Assembly: GCF_009914755.1 (NCBI RefSeq)
Contig: NC_060933.1
DNA length: 64,000 nucleotides
Source of the DNA: the human T2T-CHM13v2.0 reference genome, Homo sapiens
Direction: 5' to 3' (one strand)
The position numbers and the translations under genes were made by a program. Below are positions 35,916-56,371 of this stretch, in pieces. The notes beneath the pieces are model-generated. The model was not told the DNA's origin and searched no databases. It worked only from the letters and a program-made list of their open reading frames with translations. Positions within the stretch are counted from its first letter, which is position 1. Every line of letters starts with the position of its first letter.

Positions 35916-38439
35916 CTGAGGAGAGAAGAACAGACGTAAGCCAGGATCACTGGAGCCAGCGGTAAGGCCTGTCACCAATTATAGGCTAATAGTACACTCC
36001 AGGACATCCTTCTCCCATGTGAGAGGCTCTTCAGGAACAGAAAGGGTAGGCTTGGGGTCCAGGGCACAGATGGCAGAGTTGGGCTACCTAAGGAGTCAAA
36101 GAGGCAGGTCTTGGCTCAGTATAATAAGGATGTGACAAGTGAGTTGAGGTAGAATAACTACTTGTCAGGGCCACCATTTGAGGACTCCTGCCCTACATGG
36201 AGGAAGGGATGAGAGACCCCCAAGATCCAAGAGACCGTGTCAGCTGAGAGGCGGCCAGGGGAAGAATTCAGCTTTCTTACTCAAAGCCACCAAATTGCAC
36301 AACTCCTTCTTATATGTCTATCTCCAAAGGGACAAGTGCCATCCTAGGGCACTAAGGGCAGAGGTCTCCCACACAGTTATACCCCATCAGCGGTCCTCAG
36401 AGGTACAAATTTCAAGTCAGCTCAGAGCTGGCCTTTCAGCCCTGAACTCCAAATTGCCTCCAGCAGCCTGTCTCTTTAACAAGAGGCAACAAATCCGACC
36501 AAAAACAAGAAGGGGAAGGGGAAGGGGTCACTGCCAGAAGGCACTTTCCAGGGCCCTCCCGCAAGGCCCTGCAAACTAGAGATAAGGCCGCAGCAGTCAG
36601 TCAGCTGGAAGCAACTAGGGAGTACCTCTCCACGCCCCTCCCCCAGTGCTCACACACCCAACACCAAAACCCCAAACCACTGGTGCATAAGATGGTCTTC
36701 ACTAACTATTCCAGCCCATACTAGGGTGAGGGGAATGTCAAGTTGAAAGCCAACTGCCCCCAGGGTCAGCCTTCTCTTTTGCTGTCTGACATTCACGGTG
36801 CTCTTTCCCCTTCAAGAAGTGCCCTTTGAATGCCTACCCAAGACTTTTCCTCCTTGGATAGGTCAAATGCCATCTCCTCCAGAAAGTCTGCTCTGTCCAC
36901 CCCAGACCATAAGCATCTCTCCCTTCTCTGAGACCTCACCTATGGCAGTGTTACTACTTCCTGTAAGCTCACTAACAGTTCTGCTCACTCCTGTGGGTAA
37001 GGCATCTTCTAGACCGACCATAGAGTTCCTGAGGACAGATCTGTGTCCCACCCCTCCATCCAACCCCAAGTACAGGGGTAAGCACACAGCAGGGCTCAAA
37101 AAAAGTAGAATGCAAGTCCCAGACATCTGAGCAGCAGTCCTGAGAGTGGAGAGAAAAATTTCCCAGATGAGAGAAGCAGAGAGATTAATTGTACAAGGGA
37201 AAATCAGGAACAGAGGTGGGGGTGGGGAGCAGGCAGAAAGGAGAGATTTGTACCCAGGGACTGAAAAGCTCTCCTACACCAAGTTCCCATCATTGTACCC
37301 CACTATCCCATTTCACCAAATTCTCCTAAGAATTGGGATCCCTAAGAAAATCCTGGTTCCCTGTGGTGGGCGGGATGGCTGGAAAGGGCAGAACACCAAT
37401 CGCAACCTGCACTATCCTACCTGCAACCAACCTTGTCAGAAGGTACAACCTGCACTAATTTCTACCCTTCTTTCCTCCACCCAAGCCATACAGATTCAGG
37501 AGGGGCCTTTTCCCTAGCACCACCACTTCCAGGTCATCCCAGTTGCCCTCTTGACCCCTTGCCCTGGGGAAGCCAGGGGATGACATGATGCCCTACTTGA
37601 CCCCAGCATACCTGGCATCTGCTTATTAACCCCAGAGCCCTCTCAGTTCCCACCCTGTCAACAAGACGCTCTATATTCACTCCCCTGCCACCCAGCCAGT
37701 CTGGCTCTAGACCATGGCTTCAAGCTGACTCATGGGGCAGGACTGCAGGGGAGGGGGGCAGGGCAGAGTAGGCCAAGCCTCACTCTTCGTTCAGGGGGTG
37801 GGCAGCAGCTGGCATCAAACAGCTGTGCCAGGCTGTGGCTGGCAAGGACTACAGCTCCCAACATGCTGAGGGAGCAAGGCCAGCAAAAACAACAAGTCCC
37901 AGAATACGTCTGTACCTTTAGACACTTTTGAGGCCTGGGAGGTGGGTGAGGTGGGTATTGGTATAGGTATCAGCTTCAAGGCTCATTCTCCCCTTCCCTT
38001 CAGTATTAAAGATTTCCATTTCTACCATGATCAAGGAGAGTGACAGGATGAATTCCTATCCATGTGCTTTCCACCCTCATCCTATGCAAAGAGAACTGCT
38101 GCCAGCTGCTCTCTATTTTGTCCCTACATACATCCACACAAGCTAGGGGGGCTGTTCCCACGGACCACCACTGTGGGTAGGAAGGTCGACTTCTTCTCTC
38201 TTACCAACCCCTCGGCCCCCAGCCTAGAGCCCTCTATCTTCAGAGGGGAGAGAGCAGACCTTAGCAGACTCTCTAAACTAAGCCAGGCAGACTCACCTGA
38301 CTCCTGGACTCCTTCTTCTGGACGATCCCTTACCCCCTGCCCAGCCTCCCAGGTCCCTTCTCACTCCTCTCCTCCCCACAGCCTGGGACAGGCCCCATAC
38401 TATACTGGAGCTTCGGAGATTTGCTCTTTCCCTCTAGCA

Positions 38440-39150
38440 CACTCACCCCGCTCCCAAATTGGCTCCGCGGAGGTGGCCGCTGCTCCGGGCCCTTCCGTCC
38501 CGTCCCGTCCCGGTCCCTCCCCTTGGTTCCCCGGTCCTCCCTGCCACGGGCCCCCAACCCAGACAAAGGGTGGCTCAGGCTGAGCCCTGCTCTGCTAGGC
38601 TCTTCGCTGTTCAGCTTCGTGTGCAACACTAGCGGGCCCTGGCGCCCGCAGCCCCCCAGCCGCTGCCGCGCCCCTCCCTGCGACGGTCCCTCCCCGGGGC
38701 CGCCCCGGCTCCGCGCCGCCGACTCCACTGCCCCTCTGACTCACAGGCCATTTCCTACCAGCTGATGGGGCCGCCCGCCCCGCCCAGTGCCCCACCACCC
38801 GCGCCGCGGCGGCCACGGCCGCCACGCCCCCCTCAGGCTACGCCCTCCCTGGAAAGCGACCATGCTCATTGGTCCATAGGAAGCCAGCCTCCCCGCGACC
38901 TCAAGTGCGAGGCACGCCCCCTCCAAGAGGCACACGCCTATTGGTCCATAAGGGGGTAGGCTTACCCAAGGTCGCTCCGCCCTTCTCCTTAACCCGACAG
39001 CTGCCGGAGTCCAAAGCAACACCCTGCCCTGCCATTTAACCCTTTCAAAGGCGTAGGCCTTCCACATCTTACCCCTCCGCCCTACTCCCCCGCCCTTCCT
39101 CCTTCCAGGACGGTTAATAGGAAGCCCGAGGGCTTTAAAGATACGGTTTG
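38440..39150 (-). promoter_or_regulatory. ATOSB: CpG island: proximal ATOSB promoter / alternative first exon
   Basis: GC boxes, paired CCAAT modules, GTGAGT donors after 38745, ~38447 and 38297. Confidence 0.7.
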
Positions 39151-40372
39151 ACAACCCTCAAAGTCTGCCTGCTGTCTATACCAGACCCCAGACCCCAAAT
39201 ACCTCACTCCCATTTGTCTTTCCCCACCTTCCAAACCAAAGCTTCAGAGCTGGAGAACTAGTGAAGCCCAGGAAGCTTCCTCCATGCCAGAGAAGAAAAA
39301 GGCCTGAGGTGGGACCCTATCTCCTTCCATGTTAAGAAGTGGTACTTTTCCCTCTGTTACTCTTAAATTGATGTTCTTTTGCCTTCTTTAGAGGAGCCCC
39401 ACGGATTCCTAAGATAGGGATACATTTTAATCTCAGGGACCAGCATTATTCTTTGTGCCTCTGAACTCCCTTTCTGAGATCAGCCTGTCCCATCCCTTCT
39501 GCCAGCACTCTTTCTACTCACAGGCCCATGTTCAAGGAGACAGAGCATACAGGGAAGTGGGATAGGAGAGCTTCTGCCCAGAATGGGGGAAATGAGCCCA
39601 ACTCTTGTGATGGAGCTCAACCCCATGACTCACAGCTCCCTCAAAACTATCCACCCTCCCACTGAGTCACTGGGCCCCAGCCCAGTTCAGACCCAGTCAA
39701 ATCAAATGGCAGCAGAACCGGCATCCCTAACCCTTGTCCTCCTATTCTTTAAATGACCAGGATGGAAACCTTTGCAAGGATTGAGCATTCAAAGACACTT
39801 TCTAGAGGGTACTCTAGAGGTAAACTAAGAAAAGCAATAGTCCTGTCTACCCTGCCCTCTGCACTTGTCAGCAAGTCGGATAATTTGGGACTTAGGAGGC
39901 TTTTTCTCCCGGTCCTTCACAGAAGCAGGAGGCAAACACCAGAGCCAAAGAGGGAAAGTCCATTCTTCTACAGTTCAGAGGCCACAGAGAGCCCAAGGTC
40001 CTTGTTTCTGCCTTGCCTGTGCTGTGGACCCCCCAGGGCCCTGAGGTTATATCACTAGATAGTAAAAAGAGGCTCCTTCCTCTTCCCCCTAGTCCCTCAG
40101 TCCTAGACTTGGGAGACACAAGCAAGTAACAGTCCCTCTAAGCTCCCTTCTCCTTACCTCACCCTAGACCACCCTTTTCAAGAGGAAAACTCTGAATAAG
40201 AACCCAGTTCCCTTGGGCTGACTTCCTTGCCGGTTCCCTAGTGTAAGGAACAGGGTTAAGGAAATTTTCAATGCCCTTGTCAAAATTACAGTGTATCAAT
40301 GTAAGAGCCTACTTGCCTTAATAAAAACTTACTAGGAAAACAGAGACGTAGAACACTGTAGGAAAAAAATAA

Positions 40373-40864
<492 letters not shown>

Positions 40865-42879
40865 GAGGCCTTACCTTCCTGCCCTAAATTTATCCTGCTT
40901 TATTTTTTTTTATATAGCGGTTATCACTACTTGACTTCTCCCTCCCCCTCCACAATTTCTTTCTCCCCTTAATAGAATGGAAGCTCCATGAGAGCAGCAA
41001 CTTTGTTTCGTTCATGCTCATATTCCCAGAGCCAACATTAGTCCCTGGCAATGTTCAATAAACATTGACTGAAGAAAACAACAGGCCCTGGGCTGAGTGA
41101 ACAGCAATCCGGCGATCTGGATCCTATCTTCTGCCCTTTCACTGTGACATCTGGGGAATCACAGTCTCTTTAGCCATAAATTTCCAAACCTGTAAAATGA
41201 GGTGTTTGTATAAACAATGACTGCTGAGGGCCTCTGCAGCTCTACAATTCTAATGACTGTTGTTCACTCATCTCCATATCAGAGGATAGCTCCAGGCATT
41301 CGAATGCTCTGCTGCCTGTACCAAAGCAGAAAGGCTATATCCTCCAGTCTCAGCACAGCAAACTGATGCCCTTTCTCTTCATGCCCCACCCACTCACACA
41401 AACCGCCCCAGTCCTGAGGAAGCTGGAGAGTCTGCCCTAGGCCCGCCCTCTCTGAGAGACTGTCTGGGAAGCAGTGTTGCCATAGCAATCAGCTCCTCCT
41501 CAAAAGGCTTCAGCCTGCCCTTTTTTACCCCACCCTACCCCAGGGCTTTGTCTGTCCTCAGCAGACCCACCCCCCTCCCCAGCCGGTCTCTCAGCTCCTG
41601 GGTGGTTGTGTGAGGAGGCTGGCTTGGGGCCCCTTTTAGCAACACTGTCACACTCATTTAGCCACTGTGTGGAACTCAAGCCTTTCCCACCCTCTCCCAG
41701 CCAGCCCAGGGGCAAAAAGAACTCTAGCACTCCATCAAATCCCCTCAGGGAAGCAGAGGAGCCCTCAAGAGAACTAGGTCCTAGCCTGTTCTGATAGTGC
41801 TTCCGAGCCTGGAGTGTGGGGAGCCACTCCCTCTTCCTCCCCTAGCTGTGGCTGGAACCTCACAACCCTTACTGGGTTCAGCTTACAGTCGTGGCCCACC
41901 TCTCAAAACAGACAGAAGACCCTCAATACTCCTCACCACTTCCCCCCTCCCACAGAAGCCCTAGCGTTCCCTACCCAGAAGGATAAGGGTGGGGAAAATC
42001 TGTTTGTGGCAAGTGGTTAAATGTGGCTACCAGTCACTTGGGGATCTATGCGAGAGACCTGGGTGGTAGTGGTGGGGGTGGGGTCTGAGCCCTGCCGCTG
42101 GTTACCAGGGTCTCTGGTCATTGATAACAAAGTACCGGGCAGGGCACAGCTCCTAGATGGGCAAGGGCCAGGCCAGGCCCTGGGGCAAGGAAGGAAGTGG
42201 GAAATGAGCACACCCAGAGCATAAGGGCAGGGCGGGGGAGGGGGGAGACAGAGACCAAGGCCGGCTCTGGGAGGAACAGGAACTAGGATGGGGGGTTGAC
42301 AGGAACCCAGCGGGGGAAGGGTCCCCCGGGACCTCAGCTTAGGGAAGAAACCCCAGTCTCAGCTGGACAGATCCAAAATAGACTGAGGAGACATTCACAC
42401 AAGCCCTAGTGACAAGCAGGGTCTGACTCCTCTCTGAGTGCCCAGGCCAGAAGGCGGAGTTAAAAGCTGAGCAGACAGGAGTGCAATAGATTGGCCTCTT
42501 CACCCCACTAACCCCAACACCCTTGCTCTTAGAACCCAGAACACAAGTGTCTTCCTGTAGTTACTACAATGCCCTAAACTGTTACTTTGTCAAAGTACTG
42601 GGGGTTCTGTTCTCCTGCCTCAAGTTGGGCCTACAACCCCTTCCCCTAGATAGTGCCCGCAGACCCTCCGACACCGCTACACTCCTTCTCCATTAAACAG
42701 CCCCCCTTCCTTCAAAGCACCTCCATGTCCCCTGCCCCTCATGTACCTCCTCCAACCCCCCACATCAGACAGAGACAGCCCCCTCACAATGTACCTCGCA
42801 ACCCCCCCACAACAAAGCGCTCCCGCCCTTCCCCCATAGAGGCCTCTGGAGAATGCACCTTGTTGCCCACACATTGAGT

Positions 42880-43800
42880 CCCCAACTGCTCCCGCGACTT
42901 CGTATCTTCCCTCAACACACAGCAGTCTCCAGATCGTCTGCAAAGCGCACCCCCATCCGCGTCCCTTCTTCCACGCTCACCCTGCCCCACACCTGTAGTT
43001 CCGTGGGTCCCGTTGCACTTGGGGACGTGGTAGTGGTTGGGGCAGTTACTGAGCAGCCCTAGCTGTAGCCTCCGCCTGCAAACCTCGCCCCTTCAGTCTG
43101 AGCCCCGCCCCCGCAACGCCCGGGCCCACCCTCTCCCTTGTCCCACCTTCCACCTTCTGTGGACTTGTCCCTTTCCTCGTTTAATTTCTCGAGCTCCTCC
43201 CCTGTAGCCCGGGCCCCGCCCCCTTCTGACCTCGCACCTCCTTCGCGTTTTCTTTGCATTTCCCCAGGATCCTCAGCTTTTCCCAGGCCCCACCCCCGAT
43301 CCCCGCCTCCTCTCGGTCTCTCCGCCTTTCACCAGGACCCGCCCCCTCGGATTCCAGCCTGGCAGAAGTCGCGCCAAGACCCTTCCACCACGATCCCCCT
43401 CCCATCTCAGAGCCCCTCCTCCTTCCGCCCCTTCTCCCTCACGCCTCACCCGGGCGGTCGCACTCCAACCAGGATCCGCTGGCTCTGATTGGCGGTGGCG
43501 GCCCCAAAGGAGGAAGGAGGAGACAAAGTGATGGTCGCAGGTCGCCTGAGGTCCCACCCCGGCCACGTGCGGCTTCTGTGATGACAAGTCTAGAGGGGCG
43601 GGGCCTCGGCCGGCAGGCTGCTAGCCTGAGCGGAGCGGATCAGGGCAGAGGTGGGGAGATGGAGCCAGGGCCAAAGCCACCAGCCTGAGGGCTCTGAGCC
43701 GGGTTGGGGCTATCTCGCTGCTTTCGCACCGGTGTGAGCTGCCGCCGGAACTCTAACCTCTTTGTAGGGATGTCTGGGTGGGCGCGTGCATTTGCACTAA
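42880..43800 (-). promoter_or_regulatory. ATOSB: CpG island: distal ATOSB promoter
   Basis: CpG-rich with GC boxes (ccccgccccc ~43083, ~43213; ggggcgggg ~43595), ATTGG ~43488, E-box CACGTG ~43564, candidate donor GG|GTGAGC at ~42981. Confidence 0.65.
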
Positions 43801-44197
43801 TAGGGGAGGTCCGTAGGGATTGCAAGGTAGTGCAAGGAATCTCAGGGGTCTGTGAAAATGAGGGAATCTGGGCGGTGGGGTTCAGGTCTGCGAGGTTGAG
43901 CAGTTTCTGAAGCCTACGCTGTGCAGGCGGGTGTGGGTTCTGGGATGGGATGGACAGTAGGAGTCAGATCAGTACCTACTGAGGCAGGTCAGCGAGATCT
44001 GTGAATTTTACGAGATGAGTGTTGATATGGAGTTAGGAGGGCCTGCAATTGCTGGAGAAAAGTGAGGCCTTTCCCTTGTACAGGTGTCTAATGAACTGCA
44101 TGACAGTTACATATGTTCTGCAGTTTAAGCGGCGCCCTCTCCAACCTCTCCCCAGGAGATACAATAAGGGAGGGCGACGCTTCCCAGACACCGGTAG

Positions 44198-47823
<3,626 letters not shown>

Positions 47824-47947
47824 CTGTGATTGATGTACATGTATTTCTACTGGGTATATACCTAGGAATCGAATTGCTGAGCTACTAGTCATGTGTATGT
47901 TTAGCTTCAGTAGATATTGCCAATATGTTTTCCAAAGAGATTGTTAC

Positions 47948-48378
47948 TGTCAGGCCTGAGCCCAAGCTAAGCCATCATATCCCCTGTGACCTGCAAGTAT
48001 ACATCCAGATCACCTGAAGCAACTGAAGATCCACAAAACAAGCGAAAATAGCCTTAACTGATGACATTCCACCATTGTGATTTGTTTCTGCCCCACCCTA
48101 ACTGATCAATGTACTTCGTAATCTCCCCCACCCTTAAGAAGGTTCTTTGTAATTCTCCCCACCCTTGAGAATGTATTTTGTGAAATCCACCCTCTGCCCA
48201 CAAAACATTGCTCCTAACTCCACCACCTATCGCAAAACCTATAAGAACTAATGATAATCCCACCACCCTTTGCTGACTCCTTTTTTGGACTCAGCCTGCC
48301 TGCACCCAGGTGAAATAAACAGCCTTGTTGCTCACACAAAGCCTGTTTGGTGGTCTTTTCACACGGATGTGTGAGACA
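47948..48378 (+). mobile_element. Solo LTR, LTR7 family (HERV-H)
   Basis: TG...CA termini; 'tgtcaggcct..gagcccaagctaagccatc', 'ccttaactgatgacattccacc', AATAAA at ~48314, 'gctcacacaaagcctgtttggtggtc'. Subfamily not resolved. Confidence 0.9.
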
Positions 48379-48639
48379 CTTAGATTTTGAATTACTTATT
48401 TTCACATATTGTAACTAAAATGTCAGTTGGGGTTACCCTTTCTTTTTGAGATTAAATAAAATTGCATGTAATGTTTTACCTCACATTAAATGGGAAGTCC
48501 AGTGTCATCATAGATCCTTTTGTGAATTCTAGGATTGAGAAGGAGCTTGATTCCTCTTGACTGTTGACCATTTTTGCTGGCCCTTGCTGAATTTACAATT
48601 CACTGGTTTCACCCCTGCAGCTGTTCTTTCTCTCTTTCT

Positions 48640-49802
<1,163 letters not shown>

Positions 49803-49841
49803 TCTTTAAATATTTTTAAAAGTCCTTCAGCCATTCCATAA

Positions 49842-50522
49842 TATAACTTTCCAAGAGGTTCTCTTTGTCCGCTGCCTAGACAGAGCAGATTTCTCAAAAC
49901 AGGGGAACTGCAATAGAGAAAGAGTAATTCACACAGAGCCAGCTGTGTGAGAGACTGGAGTTTTATTATTACTCAAATCAGCCTCCCCAAATATTCTGGG
50001 AGCAGAGTTTTAAGGACAACTTGATGGGCAGGGGGAAGCCAGTGAGCTGGGTGTGCTGACTGGTCAGGGATGAAATCACAGGGAGTCAAAGCTGTCCTCT
50101 TGCACTGAGTCCGTTCCTGGGTGAAGCCACAAGATCAGATGAGCCAGTTTATCCATCTGGGTGGTGCCAGCTGATCCATCAAGTGCAGGGTCTGCAAAAT
50201 ATCTCAAGCACTGATCTTAGGAGCAGTTTAGGGAGGGTCAGAATCTTTTAATCTCCAGCTGCATGACTCCTAAACCATGATTTCTGATCTTGTGGCTAAT
50301 GTTAGTCCTACAAAGGCAATCTAGTACCCAGGCAAGAAGGAGGTCTGCTTTGGGAAAGGGCTGTTACCATCTTTGTTTTAAACTATAAACTAAGTTTCTC
50401 TCAAAGTTAGTTCAGCCTACACCCAGGAATGAACAAGCAGAGCTTGGAGGTTAGAAGCAAGATGGAGTTGATTAAGTTCGATCTCTTTCAATGTGTGTCA
50501 TAATTTTGCAAAGGTGGTTTTA
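49842..50522 (-). mobile_element. Solo LTR, LTR8 family (ERV1)
   Basis: Minus strand begins 'taaaaccacctttgcaaaattatgac...actccatcttgcttctaacctccaagct'; contains 'cttgagatattttgcagaccctgcacttgatggatcagctggcaccaccc'. Confidence 0.85.
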
Positions 50523-50647
50523 ATATTTTTTACCCCTTTTCTTATTATTCTCACCCACATCTCTCTATTCCCAGTACTTAATCACACCAAGTAATTTCTC
50601 CACACACATTTCTTCTAGGAGTTATATTTGCATATCAAAAAGGGTCA

Positions 50648-51417
<770 letters not shown>

Positions 51418-51529
51418 CTACATTATTGATTGTAGCAGCCAAAAAAGTGTGTCCAAGGAAAATAAGCTTGCTTAAGACAATTTGCCTTTTGGTGATAACA
51501 GTTGCTTGTAGAGCTGAGGACATTGGGAG

Positions 51530-52645
51530 TGTAAGGATAAATAAAAGTTATTTTCTCCATTTATAAAGGGCAAATAAACCATTTCCTCTCTCTCCTTTCA
51601 TTTTTTTCTCCTTTTCTTTCTTCCTTTCTTTTTCTTTTTTTTTTTTTTTGAGTCAGGGTCCTGCTCTGTCACCCAGACTGGAGTGCAGTGGCACAATCAT
51701 GGTTCACTGCAGCAGACTCAACCTCCCAGGCTCAAGGGATCCACTTGGCTCGGCTTCCTGAATAGCTGGGATGATAGCCCTGTGCCACTAAGCCCAGCTA
51801 ATTAAAAATATATATATTTATTTTTTGGCTGGGTGCAGTGGCTTGTGCCCGTAATCCCAGCACTTTGGGAGGCCAAGGCAGGTGGATCACTTGAAATCAG
51901 GGGGTTGAGACCAGCCTGGCCAACATGGTGAAACCCCATCTCTACTAAAAATACAAAAATTAGCTGGGCATGATGGTGCGTGCCTGTAATCCCAGCTACT
52001 TGGGAGGCTGAAGCAGGGGAATCACTTGAACCCAGGAGGCGGAGGTTGCCTTGAGCTGCGATCGCACCATCGCACTCCAGCCTGGGCGACAGACCAAGAC
52101 TTGGTCTCAAAAAAAAAAAAAAAAAAAAATTTGTAGAGATGGGGTCTCACCATGTTGCCCAGGGCTGGTCTCAAACTCCTGGGATCAGCCTCCCAAAGTG
52201 TTGGGATTACAGGCCTGAGCCACTGCACCCAGACTCCTCTCTTAGAGTTCTTAGAGTTACTCCTTGGATACAAAATAAATTTGGGTCCTTACTCTAATAT
52301 TTGGAATCTCTCTAGGGATTAAGCCTAGACTCCAGTTTTTACAATACGGATGTAACTCCAAGGTTGTGTGCCAAATGACCTCTAGATATGTAAACAAGGG
52401 TCTCTTGCTGGACGCACAGGAGATTTTTCAGGAGGCACAGTCCTTTGTCCCTTGAGGAGATATTGTTCTTTCTTCTGCTTTGCTGTATAAGTTATGTGCA
52501 ATTTTGTCTTAACCTTGTAGTCATTTTCAGGCTACCTTACATGCATGTAATCTGTTATTGCTTACTCAATAAGAAATTACATTCTTTCACTCATCTATAT
52601 TGACAGGGAGGAATCTTTTTGTGGCAGGATTATTTCATTTCCCCA
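51530..52645 (+). mobile_element. Old ERV1-type LTR (MER67-like), interrupted by nested Alus at 51600-52232
   Basis: TG...CA termini splitting the hAT frame; TATA-like 'gtataa' ~52485 and 'aataag' ~52568. Family name is tentative. Confidence 0.5.
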
Positions 52646-52677
52646 AGAGCAATGCAATAGTCTGTTAAAAGAGAAGG

Positions 52678-52966
<289 letters not shown>

Positions 52967-54197
52967 GCAATGATCTGAAGTGGATTTCCTTGCTCTTGAT
53001 GAATGTGTGTTACCAGTACTGTTCAGCTGTTTTTTATTCAACAATTCAATGATGAATATGAAGTAAGTAAATTAGCCTCTATGAATAGTCTGCATGAAAC
53101 AATTACAGGTGAAAATATTTTCAAAGAAGTTGAGAAAACACTAGTTCAGTACAACCAGAAGTGGAAATCTATTAAATTGTGTTACAACTGATGGTGGCAA
53201 AACATATGCAGAGCAGAAAAAAGTTTTAGTTCAAAAAATTTGCAAGGCTTCTTAAATTGTAATGTGTTTAATATTGTGAAAGGAAAATATCTTGGGCCCC
53301 CAAAATCACTAAGCTAAAGGAAAAATTCTAGCTGGGAACTGCACAGGGCAAATCTGCCTCCCATTCTATTCAAAATCATCCCTTTGCTCACTGAGATACA
53401 CACATATTCTGTTTGCCTCCTTTGGAAAGTTTCATCAGAAACTCAAAAGAATGCAACCATTTTTCTCTCCACCTACATGTGACCTGGAAGCCCTCTCCCT
53501 GCTTCGAGTTATCCCCACCTTTCTAGACAGAACCAATGTACTTCTTTTGTATATTGATTGATGTCTCACATCTCCTTAAAATGTATAAAACTAAGCTGTG
53601 TTCTGACCACCTTGGGCATATGTCGTCAGGACTTCCTGAGGCTCTGTCATGGGAACATGTCCTTAACTTTGGCAAATAAACCTCCTAAAATGAGTGGGAC
53701 TTGTCTCACCATTATTCTCGATTGACATCTGGTAGCCACAGAGGGATCCTGAGTGAAGGTGACCCGGCCTGTAGCAGCTTGCCTATTGGTGCTTGGTACT
53801 GGCTTGGGCACCTTATAGCCCAAACTGATAGGACGATTGCTGAAGTCTGGGACTTCTTTCCTCCAGGGATCCCTGATCTTCCAACGTTTTTCAGTTGGGG
53901 GCCTGAGATTTAATTGCCATTAATAAAACTCCTTTTTTGTGGGGAGTTTCCACTCACTTCCATCAAGAAAGGTGAGCCTGCCTGTTTCTCCATTGGCAAA
54001 GAGCAGTTTTCAGCTTGGGCCCCATCACTAGGTAAGATAACTGATTTGGGATTCTGTCTTGCAAATTCTTTTTAAACAACTAAAGTTAGCAATAACAACC
54101 AGTTGGTGTTAATTTCTGCTTACACTTACAGCGCTCAGAAATCATATAATTTTTGTGATCATTGTTAGTTTTGCCTGTTTTGTTGTCTGTTTATGTC

Positions 54198-54199
<2 letters not shown>

Positions 54200-54232
<33 letters not shown>
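54200..54232. repeat. (GT)n microsatellite
   Basis: About 16 uninterrupted TG units. Confidence 0.95.
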
Positions 54233-54234
<2 letters not shown>

Positions 54235-55107
54235 TTTCCCTTATTGAATTGGACTAACTCCAAACCTTCTAACTCATGAGTGTGGAATCTTCCATGCTGA
54301 AGAAATAAGAGCACCTTGCTCCCTTCAGCCTTTCAGGGCATTCTCAGGCAACTGAGAACCATGTGAGGGTGTCTGGGAGGAATACTCCCTAAGATGTGCA
54401 GCAGCTCTAAATAGGTTTCCCCTTAAGAAGAACATGCTTAGGGTCTAATCTCAGCTGGCAGGTGCATATAAGGAGCTGACCCCTCCTGCACCTTGAGCCC
54501 CTGACACACTGTGCCAGGTAGCCATGACACGGTTGGACTGATCCGGTTCAGGGGGTAAGAGCCCTGAAAAGCTAGGCCTGCAAGCAGCACATTTTGGGTC
54601 TGACACACGTCTTGACTTGGTCAAATCCAAAGGGGAACTCTAAATTATGGGGAACAAGGCCTCTGAAGTGGGAAGAAAAGAGCCAACAAAAGGAAAAAAA
54701 AAAAAAGAGGAAAGATTTTTAATGTTGACTACTAAAGAGGCTTTATTTACATAACGAGGCAACCTTTTTTGCCAGCCAGACCAAACTGAAAGAGTAATGG
54801 CTGTACTTCTGAAATAGCAGCATTTTGTCCTAGCTGAACTATGGTAATAAAATTAAAAAAAAAAATTTTAAGGACCTCAGTGGTTAAAAGTCAGCTTAAT
54901 TAAAAGGCTAACATCCAAGATGTGTGTGCGTTGTTTGTATTTAAAAGGCCTTTACGTTTTTGTTTCTTTGTTTTGTTTGTTTGCTTCTTATTTGTTTTTC
55001 TCTCCTAGGACCTTGTCATTTTTTTTTTTGAGCAAAAGTTTTTTTTCTTTCTTTCTTCTCAGTTGACCGAATTCTGTTTTCACCTGATTTTTTTTTTTTT
55101 TTACTGA

Positions 55108-55338
<231 letters not shown>

Positions 55339-56010
55339 TAGTAGAGATGGGGTTTCACCATGTCGGTCAGGCTGGTCTTGACTCCCTGACCTCATGATCC
55401 ACCCGCCTCGGCCTCCCAAAGTGCTGGGATTACAGGCGTGAGCCACCGCGCCTGGCTTTTCCCTTTTGTTAGAGAACCAGGACTCAGTGTGGACCCTGCC
55501 CGGAGCTCAGAGATTCAGTTAAAAGATAGGTAGTCCCTATCTGAATAAAATTGGTCTCCTTAGACAATCTCATGATAAATTTTCATAGTTTTATGTTTGA
55601 TCTGGCTCAAAGAAAAATAAAAGTGTCTCCCTCTAGCACCACTAGACTTTTTCCTCTCTGGACTTTATGATGTAAATTTTGCTATTTAATTTTCACCTAA
55701 GTTGTTCTCTTTAATATGCAAATTTAAGGCTATTTAGCTGCCAACTACTTAGGGTTGTGAAACAGGTTATCAAAAATCTGCAAGTCTAAGATAGAAAAAA
55801 AGAGGGTCTTTATGAATCTATAAATATGTCTATGTATTTATGTGTCACATACACAATGTTTCACTACTAAAAATGTATAAAAGAGCTCTAATTAATTGGC
55901 TTAAAGAAAAATAAAAGTGCTTAAATCAAATGCATTATCAGGAAAAAAGAAAAGACTAATCAAATGCTTTTTCAAGTTTATGTAACTTAAATAAAATCTT
56001 TAATAAATAA

Positions 56011-56103
<93 letters not shown>

Positions 56104-56209
56104 TGAGGTCCACAGTTCGAGACCAGCCTGACAAACATGGAGAAACCCCATCTCTACTAAAAATACAAAATTAGCCGGGTGTGGTGGCGCATGCCTGTAA
56201 TCCCAGCTA

Positions 56210-56371
<162 letters not shown>

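Noticed and set aside
42226-42246. G-quadruplex-like G runs (also ~2913-2929 and ~37747-37763)
   Set aside because: Common in GC-rich human loci; nothing distinguishes these from background.
53003-53191. 62-aa transposase-like ORF as a domesticated gene
   Set aside because: Frameshifted on both sides and interrupted by several insertions; a fossil.
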